This document shows, piece by piece, positions 52,263 to 61,832 of a stretch of 64,000 nt of DNA (its first letter is position 1; each line of letters starts with the position of its first letter). The DNA is taken from positions 32,001 to 96,000 of the forward strand of contig CAVPOC010000001.1 in NCBI GenBank assembly GCA_963706955.1, given 5' to 3'. The notes under the pieces were generated by a model that was not told the DNA's origin, did no database searches, and saw only the letters and a program-made list of their open reading frames with translations. The translations under genes were made by a program, and so were the position numbers. Origin of the DNA: an uncultured Verrucomicrobiae bacterium (GTDB lineage: Bacteria; Verrucomicrobiota; Verrucomicrobiia; Chthoniobacterales; Terrimicrobiaceae).

Positions 52263-52681
52263 GGCGCGGATTCCGGTATGGTAAAAACGTCCTGAACGCG
52301 ATCGGTGCCCCAATAGGATGCTTCGGCAATTGGTCCGTCCTCGTTCGAAACTTGCAGGTGCACGGCAGCGTGCTGGGTGCCCCGCCATGTCGCCTTGACT
52401 ACCAAATCTGCCGGAGAGCTCGAAGGCAATCGGAGCGTCCCCGAATAGCTGCCTTGCTGGTCTTCCGAAACGAGCTCTTGCCCAAGATAACTCACGCGGA
52501 TGGAGTCGGCGGTGGGTGCACTGACAATTTCAAGCGTCAATTGTCGCTCAGCCTGCATTGGAGGAGCTGGCTTCGGGTGAGTGGTAGGTGCGTCAGATCG
52601 CATCAGGCGCCATACCGGGATAGCTGCCAAAGCGAGGGCAATGGTCATAAGTGCAAACCGAAGCCAGGGCGTGCCGCGCAT
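52259..52681 (-). CDS. Hypothetical membrane-anchored protein (~140 aa)
   Basis: MRGTPWLRF, TM helix, Pro-rich linker and beta-rich domain. Coupled to the ABC ATPase gene. Confidence 0.75.
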   Translation of the reverse strand: MRGTPWLRFALMTIALALAAIPVWRLMRSDAPTTHPKPAPPMQAERQLTLEIVSAPTADSIRVSYLGQELVSEDQQGSYSGTLRLPSSSPADLVVKATWRGTQHAAVHLQVSNEDGPIAEASYWGTDRVQDVFTIPESAP

Positions 52682-52797
52682 CGAAATTCTAGTTTTGCGC
52701 CTCCGCGACAATTTCCAGCGCCCCGAGCACGGCACCGATTGATTCACGCACCGGAAGAGCCGTGGCCATCCGCAAGAAATTGGCTGCCTCGACGCGA

Positions 52798-52816
52798 AAT
52801 GCAAGTCCATTGCATT
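52798..52816. promoter_or_regulatory. Fur/Mur/Zur-type box AATGCAA-GTCCA-TTGCATT
   Basis: 19-bp 7-5-7 perfect inverted repeat about 117 bp upstream of the metal ABC operon. Confidence 0.6.
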
Positions 52817-53130
52817 AAAATGATCGACCCTTGCGGAAAACACTTGGTCGCGGTATATGCGCGTTTGACTTCTGGAATTTTCTGCTGTGGTATCGATTGG
52901 GCCATGGTTAAGAAAAGGCCTCTTCCCCGAGGCACCGGATGAATGTCTCTGCCAACACACCAAAGCGTCAGTTCATTACGTCCTTCCGGGCGCGGACCCT
53001 CTACTTACATGACGGCGACCTCGCCCGATCGGGCTTGCATCTCTGTTCAGCAGCGCGTCCTCCTGACGCTTCTCGGCTGGCATGATCAGAGGTCCAGTCG
53101 CAAGAATCCACAATTCCTGAACCGTTCTGT

Positions 53131-54960
53131 ATGAAAAAAATCATTGCTGTCACCTCCTGTCCTACTGGCATTGCGCACACCATAATGGCGGCGGAAGCGC
53201 TCAAAAAGGTCGCTACTTCTCTGGGTCATCAAATCAAGGTTGAGACCCAGGGCTCGGCGGGCAAGAAAGGGGTTTTCACAGAGGAGGATATTGCCAACGC
53301 CGATGTCGTCATCTTGGCGACTGATATCCGAATCGAGCCGGCACGATTTGCGGGCAAGCCAGTTTTGGAAACATCCACCAGCGAGGCGATCCGCAACACC
53401 CGCGGAGTTATTGGGTCGGCGTTGGCACTGCTCCCGCCGGAGACGACTGCTGGAGTGCTAGCACAGGAAAAGGCACCCGCAGTTGCCGCTCTTAAACCAG
53501 CCGCGGCGCCTGCCGCCGCCGGCGCCGCTCCTGCTGCCTCGGTTGGCGGCAAACGATTCGTGGGCATCACCTCTTGCCCGACTGGCATTGCACATACCTT
53601 TATGGCAGCGGCAGCTCTCGAGAAGGCTGCCAAAGCCTTAGGTCACACCATTAAAGTGGAGACTCAGGGTTCGGTAGGGGCCAAGAACCAGCTGACGCCC
53701 GAGGATATTGCCGCCGCAGACGCGGTCGTCATCGCCGCCGAGACCAATGTTGACACCTCGCGGTTTGGCGGGAAGCGCGTCTACATGACGGGCACCAAAC
53801 AGGCGATGCACGCCGGTAAAGACGTCCTTACGAAAGCCCTCGAGGAGCCGATCGGGGATGCGGGTGGTGGGGCAGGCGGCGACCTCGCCGGAGCGGTCGA
53901 AAAAGCCAAAGCCGCGCGAGCCAAAGCGCGAACCGGCCCGTACAAGCATTTGATGACCGGGGTCTCCTATATGCTCCCATTAGTCGTTGCCGGCGGCTTG
54001 GCGATCGCGCTGGCCTTCGCCATTGGCGGGATCCAGGAGGGCGCATATCCTGAGGGAACGCTCCCGGCCGCACTCATGAAAATCGGGGGAGACACAGCTT
54101 TTCGCCTCTTCATCGCGGTATTTTCTGGCTTTATCGCCTATTCGATAGCGGATCGACCCGGCATTGCCCCCGGCTTGGTTGGCGGGTTTCTGGCGCAGTC
54201 GCTCGGTGCTGGCTTCATTGGTGGAATTTTTTCAGGATTTCTGGCGGGCTATTTCACGAAGTTTCTCGCGGATAAGATTCGCCTGCCGGCAACCCTGGAA
54301 GGATTGAAGCCGGTGTTGATTTTGCCGTTTCTCTCGACCCTGGGAATCGGCCTCTTGATGATCTATTTGATCGCTCCGCCGGTGAAATGGCTCAACGATG
54401 CGATGAATGCATGGCTTCTCGGCATGCAAGGCGCGAACGCTGTTGTTCTCGGCATCATCCTGGGGGCGATGATGGCGTTTGACATGGGCGGGCCGATCAA
54501 CAAGGCGGCCTATGCTTTCGCGGTCGGACTCCTCGCGAGCAAGATCTACGCACCGATGGCGGCAGTAATGGCAGCGGGAATGACGCCGCCTCTCGGCCTG
54601 GCGCTGGCATGCTTCCTGTTCAAGAACAAATTCGACCTCGAGGAACGAGAAGCGGCGGGGCCGGCTCTGGTCCTGGGAATATCCTTCATTACGGAGGGAG
54701 CGATTCCGTTTGCCGCCAAGGACCCGATTAGGGTCATTCCAGCGCTGATTGCGGGCTCTGCGGTCGCTGGGGCCATCTCAATGGTCAGCAACGTGCAGCT
54801 TCTCGTTCCGCACGGCGGAATCTTCGCGTCCCTCATTCCTGGCGCGGTCACCAATCTCCTTGCCTATGGGATTGCGATCATCGCGGGAACTGTCGTGACC
54901 GCGGGGGTGCTTTTCTTCCTCAAGCGTCCCATCACCGAGCCGATGCCCGCCCTGGCCTGA
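53131..54960 (+). CDS. fruA: Fructose PTS EIIB-EIIB-EIIC
   Basis: Two CPTGIAHT...KVETQGS domains, HLMTGVSYMLP, DMGGPINK and FITEGAIPF. Confidence 0.95.
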   Translation: MKKIIAVTSCPTGIAHTIMAAEALKKVATSLGHQIKVETQGSAGKKGVFTEEDIANADVVILATDIRIEPARFAGKPVLETSTSEAIRNTRGVIGSALALLPPETTAGVLAQEKAPAVAALKPAAAPAAAGAAPAASVGGKRFVGITSCPTGIAHTFMAAAALEKAAKALGHTIKVETQGSVGAKNQLTPEDIAAADAVVIAAETNVDTSRFGGKRVYMTGTKQAMHAGKDVLTKALEEPIGDAGGGAGGDLAGAVEKAKAARAKARTGPYKHLMTGVSYMLPLVVAGGLAIALAFAIGGIQEGAYPEGTLPAALMKIGGDTAFRLFIAVFSGFIAYSIADRPGIAPGLVGGFLAQSLGAGFIGGIFSGFLAGYFTKFLADKIRLPATLEGLKPVLILPFLSTLGIGLLMIYLIAPPVKWLNDAMNAWLLGMQGANAVVLGIILGAMMAFDMGGPINKAAYAFAVGLLASKIYAPMAAVMAAGMTPPLGLALACFLFKNKFDLEEREAAGPALVLGISFITEGAIPFAAKDPIRVIPALIAGSAVAGAISMVSNVQLLVPHGGIFASLIPGAVTNLLAYGIAIIAGTVVTAGVLFFLKRPITEPMPALA

Positions 54961-55001
54961 TCACACGATCCAAACGAATCCTCCACTAGAGAACTCGACC
55001 C

Positions 55002-57470
55002 ATGATTCAACTCACGCCTCAAAACATCAGGATTGGTGCTCGCGCCGGAAGTAAGAACGAAGCCATTCGCGCGGCAGGGCAGGTCCTTGTCGAATCCGGC
55101 TTCATCGAACCCGGCTACATCGAAAGTATGATCGGGCGGGAAGGTCAGGCGAACACCTATTTGGGCAATGGTATTTCTATCCCGCACGGCATGGCCAAGG
55201 ATCGCGAGCTGATCCGAGCCACTGGCATTTCCGTCGTCCAGTTGCCTGAAGGAGTAGAGTGGGGACCAGGAAAAGTCGCTCACCTCATTGTGGGGATCGC
55301 TGCCAAATCTGATGAGCACTTAGGGGTGCTCGCGGCGCTGACGGACGTGCTCGATGACCCGGCCCAGGCCGAACTCCTCGCGAAAACCAAGGACGCCAAC
55401 GACATCATCGCAGGATTGAGCCGCGAAACGGGGCAGCCAAGCGCTGAGCCGGAGGGCGTTCCACCGCCGCCGGGAGCGCACCACGTCGATGCTAAGATCG
55501 TGGGCAGCGCCGGGATGCATGCACGACCGGCCACGGTGTTCTCGGATCTTGCCACCCAGTTCGAATCGGATATTCGCGTTCAATATGGCACCAAGATCGC
55601 GAACGGAAAATCGATGGCAGCCATTCTCAAGCTCGGCACTCCCGGCGGGCAGTCGATCCGTATTATTGCCTCGGGTCCCGACGCCGAAGCGGCCTTAAAG
55701 GCGCTCAAGGAGGCCGTTGATAGTGGACTTGGCGATGTCGAGGAAACCAGAGAAGTGATAACCGAGGCGGACAAATGGGTTCCCGTGTCGGGCGGCCATG
55801 CCCTGACGGGGGTGTCGGCTTCCCCAGGGATCGCGATCGGTCCCGTCTATCAGTTCCAGACGACTCACATCGTCATCGAGGATAAGCCTGGTGACCCCGA
55901 ATCCGAGAAGCTGGCTCTTAAGCGCGCCATCGCGACCGCGAACGAGCAAATAACGGACATCTATGACCAAGTCTCAAAGCAGTCGGGCAAAGGTCAGGCG
56001 GCTATTTTCCGCGCGCACTTGGCGCTCCTGAACGACGCAGAAATCTTTCAAGAGGTCGCCACGCACGTCGATTCCGGCCACAGTGCGGCTTGGTCGTGGC
56101 AACATGCCATTGAACGTCGTTCGATGGAGTTAAAGCAAATCGAGAACGAGCGGCTCGCCGAGAGAGCTGCGGACCTCCACGACATCGGCCAGCGCGTCTT
56201 GCGTCTGCTCGCGGGCGCCGAGCACGGGGCGCCACGCTTGCCCGATCATCCTGTTATCCTCGTCGCCGATGACTTGACTCCCTCGGATACCGCCCAACTC
56301 GATCCAAAGCGCATCCTCGGGCTTTGCACCGCCTCCGGCGGGCCGACGGCGCACACGGCTATCATCGCGCGGTCGCTCGACATCCCCTGCGTCGTGGGCT
56401 CCGGCGCCGCAGTCTTGGAAGTCACCTCCGAGCGGACCTGTATCCTGGATGGTTCCGCTGGTAAACTCTACATCGAGCCGAACGCGGAAGACGTCGAGGC
56501 TGCCAAGCGCTTCCAGGTCGATCTCGGGAATCGCCGAAATGAAGAATATGCGACGCGTTACGAACCTGCAGTCTTCACCGATGGGCATCGCGTCGAAGTC
56601 GTCGGCAACATTGGGAAGGCAGCCGAAGCAGCTGCCGCAGTCGAGGCCGGTGCCGAGGGCATTGGATTGATGAGAACGGAATTTCTTTTCCTGGACCGGG
56701 AGACGCCGCCGTCCGAGGATGAGCAGTTTGAAGCCTATAGCGAGATGACCCGCGCGCTAAACGGTCTCCCGTTGATCTTGAGGACGCTGGACATCGGCGG
56801 AGACAAGATCGCTTCCTACATCTCCCTGGCAAAAGAGGAAAACCCTTTCTTGGGGGTCCGTGGAATCCGTCTCTGCTTGCGGCAGCCCGGGATCTTTCTG
56901 CCGCAATTGCGGGCCATTTATCGGGCGTCGACCACGGGGCCGATCAAGATCATGTTCCCCATGATCAGCACTCTCGAAGAACTTCATGAGGCCAAGCAAG
57001 TGGCGGAGCAAGTCAGGCAGGAACTCGGAGTAGCTCCGGTGGAAATCGGCATCATGGTCGAGGTTCCTTCCACCGTTCTGATGGCGGCAGAGTTTGCCAA
57101 GCACGTCGATTTCTTTTCCATTGGAACGAACGACCTCACCCAATACACGCTGGCGATGGATCGCATGCACGCGGCGCTCGCCAAGAATGTTGACGGTCTG
57201 CATCCGGCCATCTTGCGCATGATCGATATGACGGTTCGGGCGGCAAAGGGCGCCGGCAAGTGGGTCGGCGTCTGCGGTGGGGTTGCCGGTGACCCGCTCG
57301 GCGCGGCGATCCTCAGCGGACTCGGGGTAACTGAGTTGAGCATGAGCCTGCCGAGTATCGCGGCAGTGAAATCCTCGCTGCGAAAAATCAAGCGAGCTGA
57401 TGCGGAGAATTTGGCCCGTCGAGCCTTGGCGTGCTCAACCGCTGCCGAAGTGCGGCAACTTAACCACTGA
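55002..57470 (+). CDS. ptsP: Multiphosphoryl transfer protein EIIA(Fru)-HPr-EI
   Basis: GNGISIPHG (EIIA), GMHARPA (HPr), and TAHTAIIAR, GLMRTEFLF, ENPFLGVRGIR, SIGTNDLTQY (EI). Confidence 0.95.
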   Translation: MIQLTPQNIRIGARAGSKNEAIRAAGQVLVESGFIEPGYIESMIGREGQANTYLGNGISIPHGMAKDRELIRATGISVVQLPEGVEWGPGKVAHLIVGIAAKSDEHLGVLAALTDVLDDPAQAELLAKTKDANDIIAGLSRETGQPSAEPEGVPPPPGAHHVDAKIVGSAGMHARPATVFSDLATQFESDIRVQYGTKIANGKSMAAILKLGTPGGQSIRIIASGPDAEAALKALKEAVDSGLGDVEETREVITEADKWVPVSGGHALTGVSASPGIAIGPVYQFQTTHIVIEDKPGDPESEKLALKRAIATANEQITDIYDQVSKQSGKGQAAIFRAHLALLNDAEIFQEVATHVDSGHSAAWSWQHAIERRSMELKQIENERLAERAADLHDIGQRVLRLLAGAEHGAPRLPDHPVILVADDLTPSDTAQLDPKRILGLCTASGGPTAHTAIIARSLDIPCVVGSGAAVLEVTSERTCILDGSAGKLYIEPNAEDVEAAKRFQVDLGNRRNEEYATRYEPAVFTDGHRVEVVGNIGKAAEAAAAVEAGAEGIGLMRTEFLFLDRETPPSEDEQFEAYSEMTRALNGLPLILRTLDIGGDKIASYISLAKEENPFLGVRGIRLCLRQPGIFLPQLRAIYRASTTGPIKIMFPMISTLEELHEAKQVAEQVRQELGVAPVEIGIMVEVPSTVLMAAEFAKHVDFFSIGTNDLTQYTLAMDRMHAALAKNVDGLHPAILRMIDMTVRAAKGAGKWVGVCGGVAGDPLGAAILSGLGVTELSMSLPSIAAVKSSLRKIKRADAENLARRALACSTAAEVRQLNH

Positions 57471-57476
57471 GCATCC

Positions 57477-58404
57477 ATGTCCAACAACCGGTACGAGTGC
57501 CTTGCGATCACCTTGAACCCTGCGATCGATCGCACGATCACGATCCAAAATTTCCAGGCAGGAAAGGTTAACCGAGTTCAGAGCGAGTATTCGAACGCCG
57601 GAGGCAAAGGTGTTAATGTGGCTTCCTCACTCGCAGATGCGGGTCACAGAGTTGCCGTTACCGGTTTTCTTGGCCGAGAAAACGTCACCTTGTTCGAGCG
57701 GCTTTTCGCGCGCAAACGCATTTCCGATTACTTCGTGCGGTTGGATGGAGAGACGCGCGTTGGGATCAAGATTACAGATCCTGTGCAGAAGGAGACAACC
57801 GATATCAATTTTCCAGGGGCGGAGCCGCTTCCCAGCGATATGACCTCTCTACGGGCTACTATCGAACAGACTGACGCGGAATGGTTTGTGATCGCCGGTA
57901 GTCTTCCACCAGGGGTCGAAACAACCATTTACCGCGATCTCACCCAAGCATTAAAGGCGCAAGGTCGCAACGTCGCTTTGGATACCAGCGGAGAGACGCT
58001 GAACCACGCGATCGAAGCACTGCCCGCGTTCATCAAGCCCAACATCCATGAGCTGGAGGGGCTGGTAGGTCGGGAGCTCTCCAGCCGTGACGAGGTCGCG
58101 GCTGCGGCACGCGAGCTGGTATCGCGAGGAATCGATACAGTCGTAGTATCGATGGGAGAAGAGGGGGCTTGTTTTGTCAGCGAGGAGGGAGTTCTTTTCG
58201 CGACACCACCTTCCATTGAGGTCCGCAGTACCGGTCGGCGCCGGGGATGCGATGGTTGCAGGGGTTCTGTCGGGCAAGCTGCGCAGGCTCTCTCTTGCCG
58301 AGATGGCTCGGCTCTCAACGGCTTTTTCCGTCCGCGCCATCGGCAAGTTCGAAGGCGAAGTATCCATTGACGAAATTGCACAGAAGGTCAGCGTGCGCAG
58401 CTGA
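57477..58404 (+). CDS. fruK: 1-phosphofructokinase (PfkB family), frameshift near 58230
   Basis: TLNPAID, GGKGVNV, GSLPPG and KPNIHEL. VGAGDAMVAG lies in the shifted frame. Confidence 0.93.
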
Positions 58405-58546
58405 GGTAGTGGCGGCGTCCTTATCGCCGCGATGCGCTTCCAGGCCCACTTTGCCGGAGCGAGCTGTTGTCGGAAATGAATTCTCACACGCAGAACGCAC
58501 CGTTTCAGCTTGATTGATGCCCGTGCAAACGGGACCTTCCGCCGCG

Positions 58547-59449
58547 ATGAATCGAAGCATCGTTGGCCTGCTTGGAGTTTTGATTCTCGCAGGTTGCGCC
58601 ACGCACGAGCCCGCGCCGGTCCCGGTGCGCAGAGCAGAACTTTGGCGCTCGCCAGTCGCCGACTCGCCGCCCGGCGCAAGTCAGGTATGGCCTTCACAAG
58701 CGCCGGCCATCCACGCGCGTGCGGCGATCATGATCGACGCGCGAAGTGGGCTCACACTTTATCAGAAGCATGCCGATGCTCACATTCAAGTTGCGAGCAC
58801 CCAAAAATTGCTCACCGCATTGATCATCCTCAGGCGCGGAAACCTTGATGGACGTCTCGTCGTGGCGGTGCCGGACACCTATGTAGAACCGTCCAAACTT
58901 GGGCTGCGCCCCGGGCAGGCCTATTCGCGGCGGATGTTGCTATCTGCCATGATGGTGAAGAGTGAAAATGACGCCGCCGCCGCGCTGGCTCGCGATCATT
59001 CGGGAAGCGTTCCTGCTTTCGCCGCTAACATGAACAACGCCGCCTGGCAGCTTGGCGCCCACAACTCCCATTTTGCCAATCCCCACGGGCTTCCAGCCTA
59101 TCAATACTCAACGGCCCGCGACATGGCACGAATTGCGTTCCGAGCCTATCGGGAACCGTTCCTGCGTCGCTTGATGAACAGCCGCTACTACACGTTCGTC
59201 TACTCCAGCGGCCGGACAACGACTTTGGAAAACACCAACAAGCTTTTGGCGCGCTCGGCGATGTTCAACGGCATGAAAACCGGCTATACCTTTGCCGCCG
59301 GACGCTGTCTGATCTCCAGCGCCGCGGCCGGCGGACGCGAGGTAATCTTGGCCCAATTTGGAAGCAAGACGCGCTACATTTTTGACGATGCAGAACGGAT
59401 GATGCGCTGGGGGCTCAGCCACGGGCGCTTTCTGAACCTTTCCTACTGA
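58547..59449 (+). CDS. D-alanyl-D-alanine carboxypeptidase (peptidase S11), lipoprotein
   Basis: Lipobox LAGC, STQK (SxxK), SEN, NPHGL and KTG. Confidence 0.9.
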   Translation: MNRSIVGLLGVLILAGCATHEPAPVPVRRAELWRSPVADSPPGASQVWPSQAPAIHARAAIMIDARSGLTLYQKHADAHIQVASTQKLLTALIILRRGNLDGRLVVAVPDTYVEPSKLGLRPGQAYSRRMLLSAMMVKSENDAAAALARDHSGSVPAFAANMNNAAWQLGAHNSHFANPHGLPAYQYSTARDMARIAFRAYREPFLRRLMNSRYYTFVYSSGRTTTLENTNKLLARSAMFNGMKTGYTFAAGRCLISSAAAGGREVILAQFGSKTRYIFDDAERMMRWGLSHGRFLNLSY

Positions 59450-60249
59450 TCGGCGCGCGCCGCTGCGAGAACCTGATCGAGGATGACCTCGGCCATCATG
59501 GGTTCGGTGCCAATCGCGCTGGCGTAAAAGAGCCTCTTGCCATGCAGCAAGTAAGGGTTGCGCCGAAACACTCCGCCCTGGCTCGCGGCGGAGCCGGACT
59601 CCGTTCCAATTCCGATGAGAACAGGAATGTCCTGAAAGCTGTGAAGACCATCCGCGATAAAAAACGGCACGATGACAACATTGGGTTGCTGGGAAATTTC
59701 GTGCCAATCTGAGATCAGAGGGGGCTCCTCCATGTAAGAGGAGACCACTTGGGCGTAGTCGCCAATGGCACGAATGCGCGCCGCCTGTTCTTTCGCCGCT
59801 CTTGCCGAATTGTCATTGAGGTCAGTGCCATGTCCGACAATGAACAGGCTCGTCAGTTCGGGAGGGACGTCGGGGGCTACCTGGCGGGCGCGATGAAGGA
59901 GCACTTCCGTCATTCGCGGGTGGCTGCCCACCGGATCGCAATAGTAGATTTCTCTTCCATCGCGCCGGGTTAGGCGATCCTGCAGTTCCAACTCCCGCGG
60001 AATGACTGTCTGGGTAAAATATCCCTCGCTGATAAAGACGGGGACAATATAGATCTTGGCGCTTCCGATCATGCGCAACACCTCGCGCATCGACGGCTCT
60101 TCTTTCCAAAAGCAGCTATGCACCTCGCGAAAGATTCCACGCGTCCGCAGTGAGCGCGCATGGGCATGCGTCGGGGCACTGGAATCGGGATTCAATGTCG
60201 AGCCATGCCCGACTAGAACCAGGGCACAATCTGAAAACGACTGCGTCAC
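59443..60249 (-). CDS. CbiX/SirB-like class II chelatase-fold protein (two domains)
   Basis: LVGHGS, VPVFISEGY, PVGSHP, then VGHGT and VPFFIADGLH..DIP. Confidence 0.85.
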   Translation of the reverse strand: MTQSFSDCALVLVGHGSTLNPDSSAPTHAHARSLRTRGIFREVHSCFWKEEPSMREVLRMIGSAKIYIVPVFISEGYFTQTVIPRELELQDRLTRRDGREIYYCDPVGSHPRMTEVLLHRARQVAPDVPPELTSLFIVGHGTDLNDNSARAAKEQAARIRAIGDYAQVVSSYMEEPPLISDWHEISQQPNVVIVPFFIADGLHSFQDIPVLIGIGTESGSAASQGGVFRRNPYLLHGKRLFYASAIGTEPMMAEVILDQVLAAARADQ

Positions 60250-61403
60250 TCGAGAAGTTCTCGGCAGACCTTCGCTGCGTCAAAATGAGTTTGAGCGTAG
60301 GCGCGTGCCGCCGCGCAATGGTGAGAATAGTTGCGTGCGACCCTCTCAATTGCGTCAGCAGCTTCCGCCGGAGTTGAAAATCGGAGAGCCCCATCTCCCG
60401 ATGGCAAATGGTTGCTCCAGCCAGTATCCTGAACCACTACTGGCTTGCCGGCAGCTAGGTAGCAGGCACTCCGGCAACTGAACCAACCGCTGAGCGACTT
60501 GACATAACCATTTTTGGCAATGCTCCATTCGCCTTTGGAGTTGCTCAGGAAATCGTGATAGCTCGCGTAGTCCGGGACGTGGACGTCTGGCTCAATGATT
60601 CTCCACCCTAACGACTCCAGGTAAGCGGTGGGTCGGTTCCTTCCCGGTCCCTGCCCCATGGCGAGCACGAACTTTTCCGAGGTGAGGGCCGGGAGTGTCA
60701 TGAATTTCTCAAACTCGATATCTTTCTGACCGTATGTCTCCCCTCCAAACTCCTCTGGTTTGTAGCTCGCCCAATTCATTACGGTCGTCCACGCTCCGGT
60801 GGCATGGTGGTCGGCTTGCAGAGGTATGAGGGTTTGTTCCCACCAGTCGAGGGCGATCGGCTGAACCGTGGGGCGCCACTCAATGCCGGTGAGCGGAATT
60901 TTGCATCCTGATTTTCCAATATTTAGGCCAAAGGTAAAGTGGCGTTCATGAGCGCGCACGCGATCAAGGTATCCGCGTTCTACGGTCAGCCGAATGTGCG
61001 TAAACATCGGATCTCCATCGAGAAATAGCTTCGTCTTAATTCCAGCGGTAACCGGCCGAAGCCAGCAGGCGCCCGAAACGTTCACAAGAACGTCAGCCTC
61101 GGCGATCGTCTTCTCGGCCATTCTCTGGTCCGTGATGCCGTAGTATTTGCCGTCTGCTTCGTTTCGATAGATCCAGCGATCACCCATATCGAACATCCGC
61201 ATGATCCGCTCTAAGTAGTTGACATTGTGCGTACAATCTGCACTCGGTTCTTCCTTCACCGGATCGTAAGCCCAGGTGGCCGAGTCCTCCAGGTACCAGA
61301 CATCGTGACCTAATGCGCGGAACCCAAGGGCGTATTGAATGTAGTCCCAGGTGACCCCGCCAAAGGCATATTGCCCGATCAGTCCGCTTACCAAAACACG
61401 CAT
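60246..61403 (-). CDS. Putative GT-B glycosyltransferase of unknown specificity
   Basis: GGVTWDYIQYALGFRALGHDVWYLED and SGWFSCRSACYLAAGKPVVVQDTG. Confidence 0.7.
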   Translation of the reverse strand: MRVLVSGLIGQYAFGGVTWDYIQYALGFRALGHDVWYLEDSATWAYDPVKEEPSADCTHNVNYLERIMRMFDMGDRWIYRNEADGKYYGITDQRMAEKTIAEADVLVNVSGACWLRPVTAGIKTKLFLDGDPMFTHIRLTVERGYLDRVRAHERHFTFGLNIGKSGCKIPLTGIEWRPTVQPIALDWWEQTLIPLQADHHATGAWTTVMNWASYKPEEFGGETYGQKDIEFEKFMTLPALTSEKFVLAMGQGPGRNRPTAYLESLGWRIIEPDVHVPDYASYHDFLSNSKGEWSIAKNGYVKSLSGWFSCRSACYLAAGKPVVVQDTGWSNHLPSGDGALRFSTPAEAADAIERVARNYSHHCAAARAYAQTHFDAAKVCRELLE

Positions 61404-61832
61404 GGCACCAATTCCCGCCGTCGATCTGCGCCGATTCTTGCCGAACTCGCTTCTTCTAGGATCTCCCCACTGGAAAAAACGGTCATCAACGTCCGATTCA
61501 TCCCAACCCCACTAGTTTGCGGCAAACGGCAATCGCGACCATCTCATCGGTCGTCTCCCGTGATCAACTCGCAAACGGAGAAATATTTTTGGGCTCTTCT
61601 CGAAAACGAAGCCCGATCCAACGCACGGAAATATCGCCAATTTGTGCGTCGGCACCACGTAGATAATAGATTAATGATAACAGACTTACGTGTAAAACCG
61701 AAGGCCCCGTTTTTTTTGACATTTTTTGAACGCTCCTCCATGCGAACTGTCTAAGTGGTTAACCTCATTAAGTAACTTAATTTTTGCAACCTGGCACTTT
61801 ACCAAAAACGTATTAGTTAAGAGGATTAAACG

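Noticed and set aside
52820..53130. Possible structured leader or riboswitch upstream of fruA
   Set aside because: No recognisable aptamer, terminator or RAT sequence, and the TTGACT has no well-spaced -10.
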